Of a stretch of 64,000 nucleotides of DNA, positions 25,726 through 39,649 are shown piece by piece. The notes below the pieces were generated by a model, which saw only the letters and a list, made by a program, of their open reading frames with translations, was not told the origin of the DNA and made no database searches. Numbering within the stretch: position 1 is the first letter of the stretch; each line of letters starts with the position of its first letter. The translations under genes were made by a program, and so were the position numbers. Source of the DNA: Callorhinchus milii (lineage: Eukaryota). The stretch covers positions 120,406,001 through 120,470,000 of the forward strand of contig NW_024704742.1 in NCBI RefSeq assembly GCF_018977255.1, in the 5' to 3' direction.

Positions 25726-27134
25726 CTCCTGCAGTGATGTTCCGACCTCAACCAGAGGCCTCAACCCAGATGAACAGTGGTAATCCTCCCGCCTGGCCCC
25801 CGTTTGCCTATTGAGCTGTGATCATCACTCAGCAATCCACTCTCCCTAGTTACATGAGAGAGGTTACTGGAGACTGCTAATTTATAACCCACAGCTCCGC
25901 TGCCAACAGTCACAATTTTATGATTGTCCACTTATCTCTTATCGATTGACCTCAAGTAGCCCCTTTCTCGGCCACTAACAATTCCAGTTACAGCTGGCTT
26001 TGCTCTGTCCAAGCCTACCCTACGAGTTTATACAGGCACAAACAATCAAGCTCAGACTAGCTAGGGCCAACAATGAAACACTGGGAAATTGCACTTCAGT
26101 CTCCATAAAATATGGCCTGAAATATATCAGCAATCAAACCAGCTCTTTTTCTAATTAAAGAATGAGCTTTCAATTCCAAATGCAAAACAAATATTATAAA
26201 TTTGTATACAAATTTAAATTATTTTAGTTATTAATTTTAAACACAATGGAAATAAATGGAAAGTTGTACAGTATCGTACTGTACAGTATTTTTTCTTCAC
26301 AATACAAAAACAACCATTTCAATCGAGCGCTACAGTTTTAACCAATCAGACAGGCCTCTTCTCTCTCTCCCTCGATTCCTTGTCTGATGTTCTTATCTGT
26401 GTTCTCAAGTTTGCCTCCCAAGGGAAATTATTTTGGGAGTATGCCCACTCAAGGTAAAAATCTTTGATCTTAGCAATTCACTGATCTGAGTTTTGGGAAG
26501 TTTCAAAGAACTTATTCAGTTTGCGATGTGAAAGAACTTGACCATCTTAAAGCCTCAGCTAATTTTCACCTGAGTGTGAACTGACTGTGGAAGACAATCT
26601 TCCAGATGTAATAGAACAACTACTGTTGCCTGCACAATATTTTTAGACATACACAGACACACAGTGTCTTAACGGTTAACAAAGAAATGCAGAATAGCAG
26701 CTAAATCTGAAATTAAGAAAACAATCAAATGATATGAAAATGAGTCAATTACTGTAAGTGGATCAGAAAAGCAGTTTATAGAAATTCACATTTGTGAATT
26801 AACCAATGAAAACATGTATGTGATTTCATGTATTTACAATATGTGCTTATGAAATATCTGACCCAACTGTGCACCAGAATAGTTAAAATTATTCTATAAT
26901 ATCAGCTTCATTTCTCATAATGTGTAGAACACTGCAAATATGAACTTACACCATACTGTTCTGTGCAACATCATGCCTAAAATCTTATAACTCATTTGTA
27001 ATATTATTATAGGAATTGAAGCTACCTGGTCTTCACACCCATTAATGAACGCTGAGAAAGGATTTATCTTTTTATAGTGCTTTATCACCTTATATAATTC
27101 CTAGATTAGACACCTTCTCTACATGTCTTTCTCG

Positions 27135-27655
27135 TTAACAAAATTACATTTGTAATGCGCCTTTCACATCGGGAGGTCGTCCCAAGGCGCTGGACAGACA
27201 GCGTTTCGGACCCAAACTGGGGGTCGGGGTGGGTGGGTGTCATAATGGGAAGCAGGGAGATCGAAAGCACGGTCGAAGAGGAGGATCTTGAGATGGGTCT
27301 TGAAGGAGGCAAGGGCGGGGGTGAGACGGAGGGACTGTGGGATGGAATTCCAGAGGGTGGGGCCAGAGTGGCAGAAGGCCCGCCCACCGATAGTGGGGCA
27401 AGCGAGGCAGGGCACGTGGAGCAGGCCGGAGCCCGCTAAGCAGAGGGAGCGAGCAGGAGGGTAGGGGGTTAGGAGGTCGCAGAAGTAGGGGAGAGCAAGA
27501 CCATGGAGGGCTTTGAAGGTGAGGACCAGGATCTTGAACTGTATCCTCTGTGTGATGGGAAGCCAGTGGAGTTGGGTGAGAATGGGGGTGATAGGTTCAC
27601 GGAGCCTAGTGCGGGAGAAGACAAGGGCTGCAGAGTTCTGGATGATCTGCAAGTT
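27135..27655 (-). mobile_element. L2 LINE 3' fragment
   Basis: ORF 27164..27652: QNSAA...LHWLPI.QRIQFK...GGRAF...LWNSIP...FKTHLK. Confidence 0.92.
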
Positions 27656-28200
27656 TTTGTCAGTTTTCTTTTAAATGACAGCTAATATAATTTAACGTGT
27701 CGTGTATGTTTCTCTTCTTGTTCTTCCAGCCTTTTTTTTATATTGAAACTTAACCGATTCTAGTACTGCAACTATCAGCTCATACATACAATATGGCAAT
27801 GATCAGAAACATGCTTTCAAGGTATTGCATATCAATGCCTGCATGCTTCTGTGTCTGAAAATATTTTGATGTTCTTTCTAATGGATCAATGAATGACCAT
27901 AGAGACGGGGTGGGGAACTAGTTGTGAACATTGCATGTTGGATACCACACGAATTACATTCTTACACTATTGTCACTCTTACACTATTGTCTTGTTTTAT
28001 ATATCATAACCAATAAGGAAGACTTTCAATGAAAACCCTAAAATTCTGAGATTCTACAATTGTGCAACCTCAAAATGCCCAGCAACACAGGGCAGTCAAA
28101 AAATATACACCACTAACCCTACAAACAAGATCAAAGGAGGCATTTAATTGAGCTTTGAGCTATGTATATTCTGTCAGCATTCACAATTGTTGTTAATATT

Positions 28201-28505
28201 TATAATAATAATAATCCTTGCATTTGATATAGTGCTTTTTAAGTTTACTAGTGCTTCAAAGAATATACTGTAAAGTGAATTGACTGTATATTTGTGGGCG
28301 AAACGCGGCAGCCAATTGTGCATAGCAGTGTCCCACAGACAGTCGTGGATTGAGTGACTAAATTTATTATTGTTTTTTTTTCTTGAGGGATTATTATCAG
28401 GTGTGTGGAGTAAGGAAACTTGCCCAAGGTTTCGCACTGCCGGGAATCGAACCCAAGTCTCTCGCTCGCGAGACGAGTGCTCTAACCACTGAGCTACAGG
28501 ACTCT
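28201..28505 (-). mobile_element. tRNA-derived SINE, short form
   Basis: Reverse-complement match to the family. Confidence 0.9.
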
Positions 28506-29075
28506 TATAGCTGTATAGAGGAGAAAAGGGGAAATATTATATGATAAATTATATATTCATATTTCTGAATGTATCAAATCCTTTTGGTACATCGATAAGG
28601 ATATCACACATAATATAATTAATTTCAGGAATAGATTTCAGTTATTTTCTTATTGGTGTTCACTTAAATTATTATATCACAGTGAATTTCTCACACTACT
28701 GGAAACAATTTGAATGAGATGATCTACACTGATTTTGTTTTGAGTTTGTAAATGTGATTTCGATATTGGTCCTATTAGGTTTAACAGCTCTGAAAGCATT
28801 ACTAATCAATTGACAATAAAAAAATACATTGATTTCTTTGAATAACATATTTTCCTCTTACTGACAGACAGCAAACAACCTATTATGTCAAGATTCATCC
28901 AAACAGTGGTGACAGTGATACACAGTCCTCCAGTAGACTCTGTGATGGGGGAATTAATACCTTATCAATTGTGCTCGTATTCAGCTGATGTAAGTATATT
29001 CAATGTTTCTCATGAGGAGGAAAAATGGCTATTTTGCATAACAGGGAAACATACTGCAAAACAGATTCACTAAGA

Positions 29076-29081
29076 TTTATT
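29076..29081 (-). terminator. Candidate polyadenylation signal for CWC27
   Basis: AATAAA on the minus strand about 170 nt after the stop codon. Confidence 0.55.
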
Positions 29082-29246
29082 TTCTAGGCATTTAAAGAAA
29101 ATTAGAAAACATTATTTCAGTAAAAGTTCTCTTGCAAGTTTGTGACAGTAATAGATCAAATTATTCTGGCTAAACACTATCAGAAGTTGGTGCAGAACAA
29201 AAATTAACATTTACATGCAACTGCTATTCACAGATAAGAAAACAGT

Positions 29247-29409
29247 TCATCTCCTCTCTTTTTTCTCTTTCATTATCTTTTTACTTTCCTCTCTCCGTCT
29301 TTTATTGACTGGATTGCGGGGATCATATATCTCAAAGGTATCTTCATCTTGTATGGTTGCATCTTTCACCTTTCTTGTTTGGTCGTCAAACTGAAGGACA
29401 TGGGACATC
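29247..29409 (-). CDS. CWC27: CWC27 last coding exon
   Basis: Acceptor ttctag|G completes the split TGG (Trp); translates (W)MSHVLQFDDQTRKVKDATIQDEDTFEIYDPRNPVNKRRREESKKIMKEKKERR then TGA, matching the recognisable CWC27 C-terminus. Absent from the ORF track because it is short. Confidence 0.96.
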
Positions 29410-29955
29410 CTAGAATAGAGGAAAACAAGAAAACACTGACGATTATATGAATCATGAATGATTTACTATTCACATCTAATCAATATAGTAGAAAGTAGAG
29501 CATTGTCGATATTTTTTAAAAATGCATGGATCTTGTTCAGTACTGTAACATAAAATTCTAATGCTGAGTTCCTGTGCCTACATAGATACTACATGCTGAC
29601 ATTTTCATTTTGAAGGCGTATGGCTTAATAATAATCCTAATATTTATCCTTACATTTGGTATAGCACCCTTCATGTCAGGAGGATGTCCCAAAGCACTTC
29701 ACATGATATACTGTAATCTGGAGTGCCTGTGGTTTTGTGGGTGAACACATCAGCCAATTTGCACACAGCAATGTCCCACAAATAGCTATTTATTTGGGGG
29801 ATTGTTGGCCAGGCAACCTGGCCAGGAAGATTTCACAACTGCCCCAAAGGAGATCACTCTCGTGATATTTCTTCCTCAACAAGATGCACCAATAAATGCT
29901 GTACCAGTAGCGAATGGAAGATGTACGATGGATAAATTTCCAATACTTTGTTGAA

Positions 29956-30280
29956 ATAATAATAATAATAATCCTTGCATTTGATATAGCGCTTTTCATG
30001 TCAGGAGGACATCCCAAAGCGCTTCACAGAGCACACTGTAAAGTGAATTGACTGTATATTTGTGGGCGAACGCGGCAGCCAATTGCGCACAGCAATGTCC
30101 CACAAACAGTCGTAGATTGAAAATGACCAATTTATTATTGTTTTTGGTTTTGGAGGGATTATTATTAGGCGTGTGGAGTAAGGAAACTTGCCCAAGGTTT
30201 CGCCCTGACCTGCCTGGAATTGAACTCAGGTCTCTTGCTTGCAAAGCGAGTGCTCTAACCACTGAGCTACAGGACTCCAC
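29956..30280 (-). mobile_element. tRNA-derived SINE, young short form
   Basis: Near-identical to the 19799, 40465 and 42838 copies. Confidence 0.93.
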
Positions 30281-30589
30281 AAATCCTTAAGCCATAACCT
30301 GAAAATATACCAAATATTTTAATTTCAAAGCAATATCTTATATTTGGTGCAAAAGAATATACAACTTGCAATTTGGTTCTCATAACTACCTTTTCCGTAG
30401 TCATTAATGAAATAAAATTTAGGCTACAGCCAATTCTTTGCTAGTTATAACCAGCATGATAATACCATTTATAGTGCTTGCAAGAGATACCAACAGTTGT
30501 GGGATCATGTCCTAATTCATGCTAAGTGTTCCTATCAACAGCACTTGTTAATTTCATCTGAAGACCACTGGAGTTTCCAATGCATACCT

Positions 30590-30795
30590 CGTAATAACAA
30601 TCCCTCAAAATTATTTTAAAACAAATAATTTGGTTACTGAATCCACGACTGTTTGTGGGACACCGCTGTGAGCAATTGGCTGCTACGTTTCACTCACAAA
30701 AAAGTCAATTCACTTTACAGTGTATTCTGGGAAGTACTTTGAGATATCTCAAAGATGTGATAAGGTGTTGTATTAAATGCAAGGATTATTATTAG
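30590..30795 (+). mobile_element. SINE 3' half
   Basis: Deu domain and tail. Confidence 0.78.
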
Positions 30796-31659
30796 TAATA
30801 GTAGTAACTGCTGTGGACTCCAGAAAACCTGTGACACAAAGTTTTGCCGGTAGAACAGGGTCGAGTTACAAACCCAAGATCTCATCAGAGCCGAAGTTCA
30901 CACACCAGTTTTTGAGACTTGTTAACATGCATGACAAGCAGGCTACATTAACATACAAAATTGAGTCACGAAATTGTAGCAGTCACATTGGCTCTACTGG
31001 ACTAAAGTCAAACAAGCAGTAATATTTTTATTGGGAGAACTTGTCATCTTAGGTGCTAATATCCTAGCGGGAGAGATGATACCAGGCTAGGCTCATTCCT
31101 TTGATAAGCTGCTTTTTGGAGAATGAACTGCAAGATCGAATTAAATACAACAGTCTACACTGATTATATTTATATGCTGCGTGAAAGAATAGAAGCAATT
31201 TGCAAGAGTAGGAGCAAGTGTTTAATAATAACAGAGTATTAATAACTTAAAGAGCTTTACAATAATTACTGTTTTGAGTCATCACTTTCTTTATAGGCAA
31301 GCATAAGAGCTGTTTGAAGCACAGCAAAATCTGATAAACAGTGGTGAATGACCAATTTATCTGGAGGATTGAAAGTGGGATACCAGAAGAAACTCCTTTC
31401 TCTTTTTGAATAATGCCCACTGGGCCTTTAACATCTGCCTCTTCTATGGTTCAACACCTCATCTGAATGATGTCAATTTCCAGTTCCATGGAGGGTCAAC
31501 CCATTCCATTGAACTTTAGTTGCATCCACTTTATGCTGATTTACTCAGACGGCAATTGTTCCTGTAGTAATGATGAATGCTGAATAACAAATTCACCCAT
31601 GAAATCAATAGCATCAAATGCTTTGTCTATTTGTGTGAGTTCAAGTTATAAATTTAACT

Positions 31660-32210
31660 AAAAGGAATAGAAGACCAGAGAGATCTAGGGAATAACATAT
31701 ATAAATCTATAAAGGTTAAACCCATTATCCATTGCCTTTTGGGGCAAGAGTTCCAGATTTCCACAACCATTAGTGTAGGAAAAATGGTTCCTGGTTCCAC
31801 TCCCAACTGGCCTTAATTTTAAGATTATGCCCCCTGGTTCTGGATTTCCCCACCAGAGGAAATAGTTTCTCTGTATCTACCCTATCATTTGAATACCTTG
31901 ATTAGTAGATTGCTCCTCAACCTTCTGACATCCAGGGAATCAATTTAAGATAATTACCAAAGAAGTAAAGGGGGAGAGAGAGTTTATTTACACAGAGAGT
32001 TGTTAAGTTGTGGAATGGTCTGCCAGGAGTGGTGGTCAAGGCAGAAACCATATTAGCTTTTAAGAGGAAACTAGATAGATATCTAAAAATGAATAATTTA
32101 CAGGGATATAGGGAGAAGCTGAGCAAATGGGACTGAATGGATTGGTGTTTTAAAGAGCCAGCACAGACACAATAGGGCAAATGGCCTTCTTCTGTGCTAT
32201 AAAGCTCCTT
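31660..32210. mobile_element. Cluster of CR1 fragments in both orientations
   Basis: About 31725-31940 is the reverse complement of the 25410 CR1 region; about 31965-32210 is a plus-strand CR1 3' end (RVVKLWNGLP..VV.AE....FKRKLDRYL). Confidence 0.75.
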
Positions 32211-33832
32211 GGTTCCTCAAATTGTTAAGTATCCATTGAAAATGATTCTTGCAACTCAGCTGGAAAGAGTTTGGTGAATTTTTGAGAATATCAGCCAATG
32301 TACACACAACGAAAAATGAGAAACAAAAATTGTACCAAAATAATTTAAAAAACCTCAAACCTTGAAGGACTGCAAAGAAATTTTCAAAATAGAAGAAGTC
32401 TTTTAAGTACTGACCACTAAGCTGCCATAATTCACAGAGCATGTTGAATTTTGCAAAGACCTGAAATATTCCATACTCTATAAAAGTACACAAAGATCAT
32501 TGTTACATACAATTTTTCTAGTCTTCTGGTTTCTAAATTGTTTTGGCATTGATTCAGCTGACAATGGCCTTTTCAAATTAACATTCTCCAACTATGTTTT
32601 AAGCACATTCCTGCTGTTCTGAGTTTAAAAGGTATGTTTGCCATATTACTGTATTAGTAATCATTTCCCTGTGCCATACCAATGTCATTTTGCTTTACAA
32701 AAGAACCCACGACCGATTATTTTAAAATGTTTGCAATTATTCATAGTATTTATTTGTCACTTTCAACAAGTATAAATGTTGTATAGTGCCAAATATTTGC
32801 ATGTACAGGCTACACTTTAAATGTCATGACTGCATTCTCGATGGCTCTAGGCTCCTGCTGTGGCAGTAGGCAGGCCTGTTAATTTGTCTAGCAGTCACAC
32901 TGCCTACAGCTTCCAAGTTTCATCTCCTAGAATTATAGCTCCTTAAGAAATCCTACTGTGTTACACATGCTTATCGGAATTGGGTGATGGTTAATTTTGC
33001 AATACTATGACACGCTGCCTCAAACCACACAGTTTGTTTTCTTTGCTTTTGAAGAAAAAAAATCAGTTCCTTTGAGAGAAGATTTAGACAGACACAGATG
33101 GAATAGTTTACACTCGTGGCCCAGACTTGACTTCCAGTGTCTGACCTGCTATAACCTATGTTCTGTTAGCGGGCCTCAAGAGTCATTGAATGCTTCTTGT
33201 TCTAAACCTCCCACCAGTGCTTTCTTCACTGCTTCCGTTCAACCATCCCCTCCTGTGTTTCATTATGTGCTCCATTGCCTTCCCAATGTTGTCTATGTCT
33301 CTTCATAAGCAGTAATGTGAATGTTTAGCTTAAATCCTTTAAGTAAAGTTACTTTGCATGTAAATGTTATGTTGTTATTTAAGAAACTGTTGCATGACTG
33401 GCTCTTCAATAGCATTTAGAAAGACTAATATATTCAGTAGAAAAACATAATGTTCGCCTACAAAATACACAGTCACTACACCTTACCATAAACCCTGTTA
33501 AATAAATCACGGTAATATACTAGCGAAACAGAGTAACAAAAGCAGCTGTGTCATCAGTCAGTCAGCCACCTATGGCCCAAATCCTCAAGGTTTTAGCTTT
33601 CAGACTATTGCTTAAAATGTAATATTCTGCAGAATTTTGGAAAATTCTTGAATTTTTACCTAACTTTGAAGCTGGTTTTCTACAGTTCCTTTTAAGAACT
33701 GATGAGCACAGTTTACTGCAGCACACAATTAGTATCGACTTAGGGGCAGTTTTATGTTGCAGATCCAATCCTACAAGAAACTGGGTCGACACTTTACAAA
33801 TACATTTTAAATACACTCTCTCAGGACGGACA

Positions 33833-34270
33833 CATCCTGTTTACCTAATTCCGGTAGGTATTAAGTGCAGGTTGGCAAGAGCCAAGGCTTGGGGACCCCA
33901 GAGTGTGCGTTGGGGTATTTCTGGAGTCTAACCAGCTAAGACCATATAGTTTGCCATTGATATTGCTGTCTGGCAAGCTTTTCCGCTGCTTGTCTAGCTA
34001 GGACCACGTTAGGGCTTTGGCTTGCAGGATTAACAGTGGGATGACTCTCTGTCCCCAGTGACTGCTCTGCCCTTCCAGGTCCTGCCGATGATCCAGGCTG
34101 GCTGTGCTGCCATCAGCAGTGCCCTGGAATACTGCGCACCCGCTAGCAAGACCATCACAGAGGGCTGGCTCGATTCCAACATTCGTTTGTCAGACATGCC
34201 ACCTTGGAGTCAGTTCAGCCCCAAGGAGACCCGGCTTACCTCCCCCCAAGGAGGATAGCCACAAGTTGGT
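33833..34270. repeat. Unclassified GC-richer repeat fragment
   Basis: Left part is an inverted copy of 4240-4385; composition differs from the flanks. Confidence 0.55.
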
Positions 34271-35059
34271 CGCTCGATAGCAACTTAGTTGGCCTAAAAA
34301 CATACTTTGCATAAGTGCAGAACGCTGGGTAGTAGCTTCTCTAAATGCTATTGAAGAGCCATTGTTTATTGATAACAATAAAATCTATGTTGAAAGCTCT
34401 TGTACTGTCCACGAGACCACATAAGAGTTTCCAATGGACTACGAGGTAGCAAACCCAGTCTGATTTGTATTTCCTGCGTTTATATTACAGTGGGTGCAAA
34501 TCACACTGCTACTGAAACCATCTCCTCTGCAAAGCGTCAGGCTTAATGTGATTCAGACTGGTTCAACTCCAATTTATACTGCACAATGCAAAAATATACC
34601 TGGAATAATTTATTACTATTAATTCCACGTAGCAAGAAAACTGAGAATGTCGAGATATTAAACATCTCGAATTGCTGGACAGGATTTACTGTAAAGTGTA
34701 CTGACTGTAACAAATGACGCAGTTATTTGCACACAGCAATGTCCCCAAAACAGCCATGAAGTGAATGACCAATTTTATCTGGAAGACTGTTGAATACGTC
34801 AGAGAGAAACCGCTTTCTCTTTTTCAAATAGTGCCCACAAAACACAGTCATTACACTTTACAGTATATTCTCTGAAGTGCGTTGAGATGTCTCGACGTGA
34901 TAAGGCACTATGTCAAATGCAAGCATTATTATTATTGTATATTATATACTGTGGAGGAATCATGAACAATCTTTTGTCACCAGATCATCATGCCACAATT
35001 CGCATAAATCACAGAAATTCTATGTAGTCGTGTGCTTTGTATATCTGAAATATTTTTTC

Positions 35060-35272
35060 TCTCAGCGTATATCCCTCCAAAAATAAAAACAATCATAAAT
35101 TGGTCATTTACAATCCACAACTGTTTGTGGGACACTGCTGTGCGCAATTGGCTGCCGCGTTTCGCCCACAAATATACAGTCAATTCACTTTACAGTACAT
35201 TCTGTGAAGCGCTTTGAGACGTCTACAAGACGTGAAAAGCGCTATATCAAATGCAAGGATTATTATTATTAT
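35060..35272 (+). mobile_element. 5'-truncated SINE
   Basis: 3' two-thirds of the young SINE with a (TTA)n end. Confidence 0.88.
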
Positions 35273-35728
35273 TAATAACAAAAACCTCTTATTTTCTTTC
35301 TCTACTTCCTCAATCTTGCCCAATACCCTTGCATTTTTCCCGTTTCACTCTCCTCCCTCGTCTCTACTGCTTACCTCAGCTGAAACAGGCCAGCCACATC
35401 AACATCATGGCCACAAGAGCAGGGCAGAGGTACCATGTGAAGTGCGACTCATCTTGTTAAAAACTCTGTACTTGGGTAGGATGAATTCTATCTGACAGTC
35501 TTGCTCAGCTTGGGCATCTGCGGAAATTATTAATGCTATAGGATTGAGTACTTTCTCACAGAGAAGTCACAGTTCCGGTCTAAGTCTGTGGCTGTTGTAA
35601 TTGGAGACTGAATTGGCAGTTTTTCATTGGATTTTTAATTAACAGAGTACACACATCTCCTATTTCCTCAAAGCTTCTTCACCACCTTCAAGGCTAAGAT
35701 CAGGAGTGTGATGGAATACTTACTACTG

Positions 35729-36030
35729 TGGTGTCCTATAGCTCAGTGTGAGCACTTGCTTTGCAAACGAGAGACCTGGATTGGATTCCTGGCGGGGCGA
35801 AACCTTGGGCAAGTTTCCTTACTCCACACACCTGATAATAAACCCTCAGAAAAAATAAAATTGGTCACTTCAATCCATGACTGTTTGTGGGACACTGCTG
35901 TGCGCAATTGGTTGCCTTGATTCGCCCAAAAATATACAGTCAATTCACTTTACAGTAGATTCTGTGAAGCGCTTTGAGACGTTGAGAAGACGTGAAAGAG
36001 CTATATCAAATGCAAGGATTATTATTATTA
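35729..36030 (+). mobile_element. tRNA-derived SINE, short form
   Basis: Head, Deu domain and tail present. Confidence 0.9.
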
Positions 36031-36185
36031 ATACTCCTGGAATGGGTTCAGCTAAACACTTGAGAAGCTCGACATCAACCAGAAGAAAGCAGCTTGCTAG
36101 ATAGACACCCAGCCATTCATGTCAAGATCCCCGTGCTCCCTCCCAATTTTGCTTCAACAGCACATCCCAGCCTGTGACCACCAAC

Positions 36186-36505
36186 ATAATAATACTTGCA
36201 AATTATATAGTGCCTTATCACGTTGCTAAGATGTCGCAAAGCACTTCACAGAATACATTGTAAATTTTGTGGGTGAAAGCGGAAGCCAATTGCGCACAGC
36301 AGTGGCCCACAAACAGTTGTGGATTGAGTGACTCAATTTTTTTTTGGGGGGGTGGGGGATTATAACCCCCAGAAAAGTAATCAGCCAATCGACTAACAAC
36401 TGGCTTCCTACTAACTACTAGATAAACAGAGGCGTGTGGAGTAAGGAAACTTGCCTAAGGTTTTGACCTCCCTGGGTCCTCTCACTTCTGAGACGAGCAC
36501 TCTAA
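36186..36505 (-). mobile_element. tRNA-derived SINE, long form
   Basis: Reverse complement includes the extra 65-bp block. Confidence 0.85.
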
Positions 36506-36986
36506 ACACCACCAAGTGACTCATCAACCATAGTTTGCAATAGCCAATTATGTGCCAGATGGACTATAAAAAAAAATGTTTCCAACATCTTTTGGAGATA
36601 AATGTTGGTTGATTCTTTCGTAAAATGGAGCCACGGCCAGTCAAATATGCATAGTTCCTTTTGCAGTGAGCAAACAATTGGGCTTTATACAGAACAGATG
36701 GTCAGGTATTGTTTTTCTATTTCACTGGCAAATATACTCTTGATACCAGGAAATCTTCCAATTTAAAGGCATAAACGTTCAGTGAAAGAGGTAAATTTGA
36801 TGCCATCATAATAATTGCTTGACAACTCGCGATCGTGATATTCAAACAACTGAGTTTTATTTATAGCAGATATCCTCAAGATGAATAATATATAAATACG
36901 AAACATCCTCTGTTGAAATGAGCCAGATTAGAATATTGGACATGAAAGATTCTGAGGTTTTAATTGATTGAATTTGGGGTTTGTCA

Positions 36987-37359
36987 AATAATGATAATCC
37001 TTGCATTTGAGAGAACGCCTTATCACGTCTTTAAGACATCTCAAAGCACTTCACAGAATATACTGTAAAGTGAATTGACTATGTTTTGCAGGAAAATATG
37101 GCAGCCAATTGCACGCAGCAGTGTCCCACAAACAGTCGTAGATTGAGTGACCAAATTATTTATGTTTTTTTGAAGGGATTATTAGGCCCACAAAAGCAAT
37201 CTGCCAATCGACTAACAACCAGGTTCCTATTTACTGCTAGGTAAATAGAGGCGTGTGGAGTAAGGAAACTTGCCCATTATTTCACCCTGCCTGAGAATCA
37301 AACCCAGGTCCTTTCGGTTGCAAGGCGAGTGCTCTAACCACTAATCTACAGAACTCCAC
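36987..37359 (-). mobile_element. tRNA-derived SINE, long form
   Basis: Full-length reverse-complement match. Confidence 0.9.
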
Positions 37360-38359
37360 AGAATGATCCACGAACTAGAGAAGAACAAGAATTTTTACGT
37401 AGTGCACGCCGAGTCTCTTCTATCTCAAACGCTTTCTTTCCCTTTGAGTTTACTATGCAGAGCCTTATCAATGAGATAACAGAAGGTGGAATGATAGGGT
37501 GGTTTAATTCAGGCTCTTGAAGGAGGGGGCTTCATGGTCCAAATAACTTTTCTCATTCTATGCTCAACAAGCTATGCTATTAGCAGCTGCAAAGTAAAAT
37601 TTTATGCTCAGTAGATGTGCCATTTTTCTTTGCTTTCAGTTCACATGGTGTTTCTGAGTGCTTTTCTTCTTCTCCAATTCATTACTCCCAGTTTCACCAT
37701 CCATAAAATCCAGCTAATCCCAAACTCCTCACCCACACTCAATTCTGCACGCCCAGCTCCCCAGTTCAAATTAAGTCCCATTGGCTCTCTGTCTTTCAAT
37801 GGATCGACTTCAAGGTCCTCATCCTCACCTATGAATCCCAAGTGCCTTGGGATATCCTTCTGATGTGGAAATCACTATATAATTGTAGTATTATATTGTG
37901 GATTGTATTTTATGCTCTACCATCTCCCTATCGCTCTGAGCTTCTACTCACCTTTGCTTTGCCCCCTCGTTCACTACACATACTGAGGGTCGACCACTCC
38001 TCTGTGTCACCATCAGTGGACAAATATTCAGTTAGTATGCCCTAATCTCTGGAACAACCTCCCTCTATACCTCTGTCTCATTCCCTCCATCTGTCTTTAA
38101 TTCCTGTTTTAAAACCTACCTCTTCAACTGTGTCTATAATCACTGACCTTTCCCCTCTTCTCCCTTGCTCAGTGTCCAATCTTAAAATACACAGTCACAC
38201 CAATTTACAGTAGTGCTGTGAAGCGCTTTGAGACTTCAGAAAAATGAAAAGGCACTATATCAAATACAAGAATTATTATAACTCATGTGAAGGGTGCAAT
38301 GTAAATGCAAGTTATTGTTGCAGAAACAAACTGCAATATTAGATATGTTACTCAGATAT

Positions 38360-39130
38360 CAACAACAACAGCAACAACATAAATTACATTTGTAAAGTGG
38401 CTTTCACGTCGGGAGGACGTCCCAAGGCTCTGAGAGTTCAGCTGGGGTCACGGTTTGGGAGGGTGGAGGGCAGGGGGGGGAAGCAGGGAGATTGAAAGCA
38501 CGGTCGAAGAGGAAGGTCTTGAGATGGGTCTTGAAGGAGACAAGGAAGGGGATAAGAGGGACTGCGGGATGGAGTTCCAGAGGGTGGGGGCAGAGTGGCG
38601 GAAGGCCCGCCCGCCAATAGTGGGGTGAGCGAAGCGGGGGGTGTGAAACAGACTGGAGCCCGCTGAGCGGAGGGAGCGAACAGGTTGGTAGGGGGTTAAG
38701 ATGTCGCAGAAGTAGGGGGGGAGCAAGGCCATGGATGGCTGTGAAGCTGAGGACCAGGATCTTGAACTCTGTGTGATGGGAAGCTAGTGGAGTCGGGCAG
38801 GGATGGAGGTGATAGGGTCACGGAGCCTGATGTGGGAGAGGACACGGGCTGCAGAGTTCTGGATGATCTGCAGCCTATGAAGGGAGGAGCTGGGGAGGCC
38901 GACAAGCAATGGTTTTACATAGTCAAGCCTTGATGTAATGAAATGTAATGTATGAGGGTTTCGGTGGCCTGTGGTGTGAGACAGTGTCGGAGCCGGGCAA
39001 TGTTGTGGAGATGGGGGAAAGCAGAGCGGGTCATAGCGCAGATGTGGAGTAAAAAGGATAGTTGAGGGTCAAACAAAACGCCAAGATTCCGGACTGGCTT
39101 AGCAAGGTGGAGTGTACAACCATGGATGGA
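38360..39130 (-). mobile_element. L2 LINE 3' fragment
   Basis: Reverse complement collinear with 9620-10475; (CAA)n at the left end. Confidence 0.92.
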
Positions 39131-39649
39131 TCAAACTATGGTACACCATTTTAAATATTATATATAACAAATTATAGAAATGTTACTTCTGTTGTATTTG
39201 CTTTCCACCTTTATTTTTCCAACGTGCTTATTATGTTAACTTTAATTTAGTGAATTACATAAATATCCTTATGATTGCCATCACAGAATCCTACAAGAAT
39301 AATGTGGCTGAGTAAATACAGTAAACTTCTGATAACTCCACTCCAATGGAAAAGGTCTCAGTGATGAGATAACCGAGTGACGAGTTGGGCGTATCTATAA
39401 ATACGTAATGGAATATTGATGGTGTGATGATTTAGTTGTAGTGACAAGTTAAGCCAGGGTTGAGTTATCAGGAATTTACTGTATTTTTCCGCATATCTGA
39501 TGGTTGTAATAATGATTTAATTAAAGCAATGTGAAAGAAAAACATAAAAAAATCAAAAACAGAATAAGAGAATGTAGGAACTAGAAAATGAATGTTTCAC
39601 AAGAGTATCAATTTTCATGAAAGCTCATACCTGAAACAATAACCTAAAA

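Noticed and set aside
27960..27991. 15-bp direct duplication TCTTACACTATTGTC (and a 10-bp tandem near 1340)
   Set aside because: Simple slippage-type duplication; nothing suggests function or an array.
1..29000. ADAMTS6 3' exons expected from human synteny
   Set aside because: I recognised no thrombospondin- or PLAC-like Cys-rich exon by eye; a tblastn search would be needed to exclude short exons.
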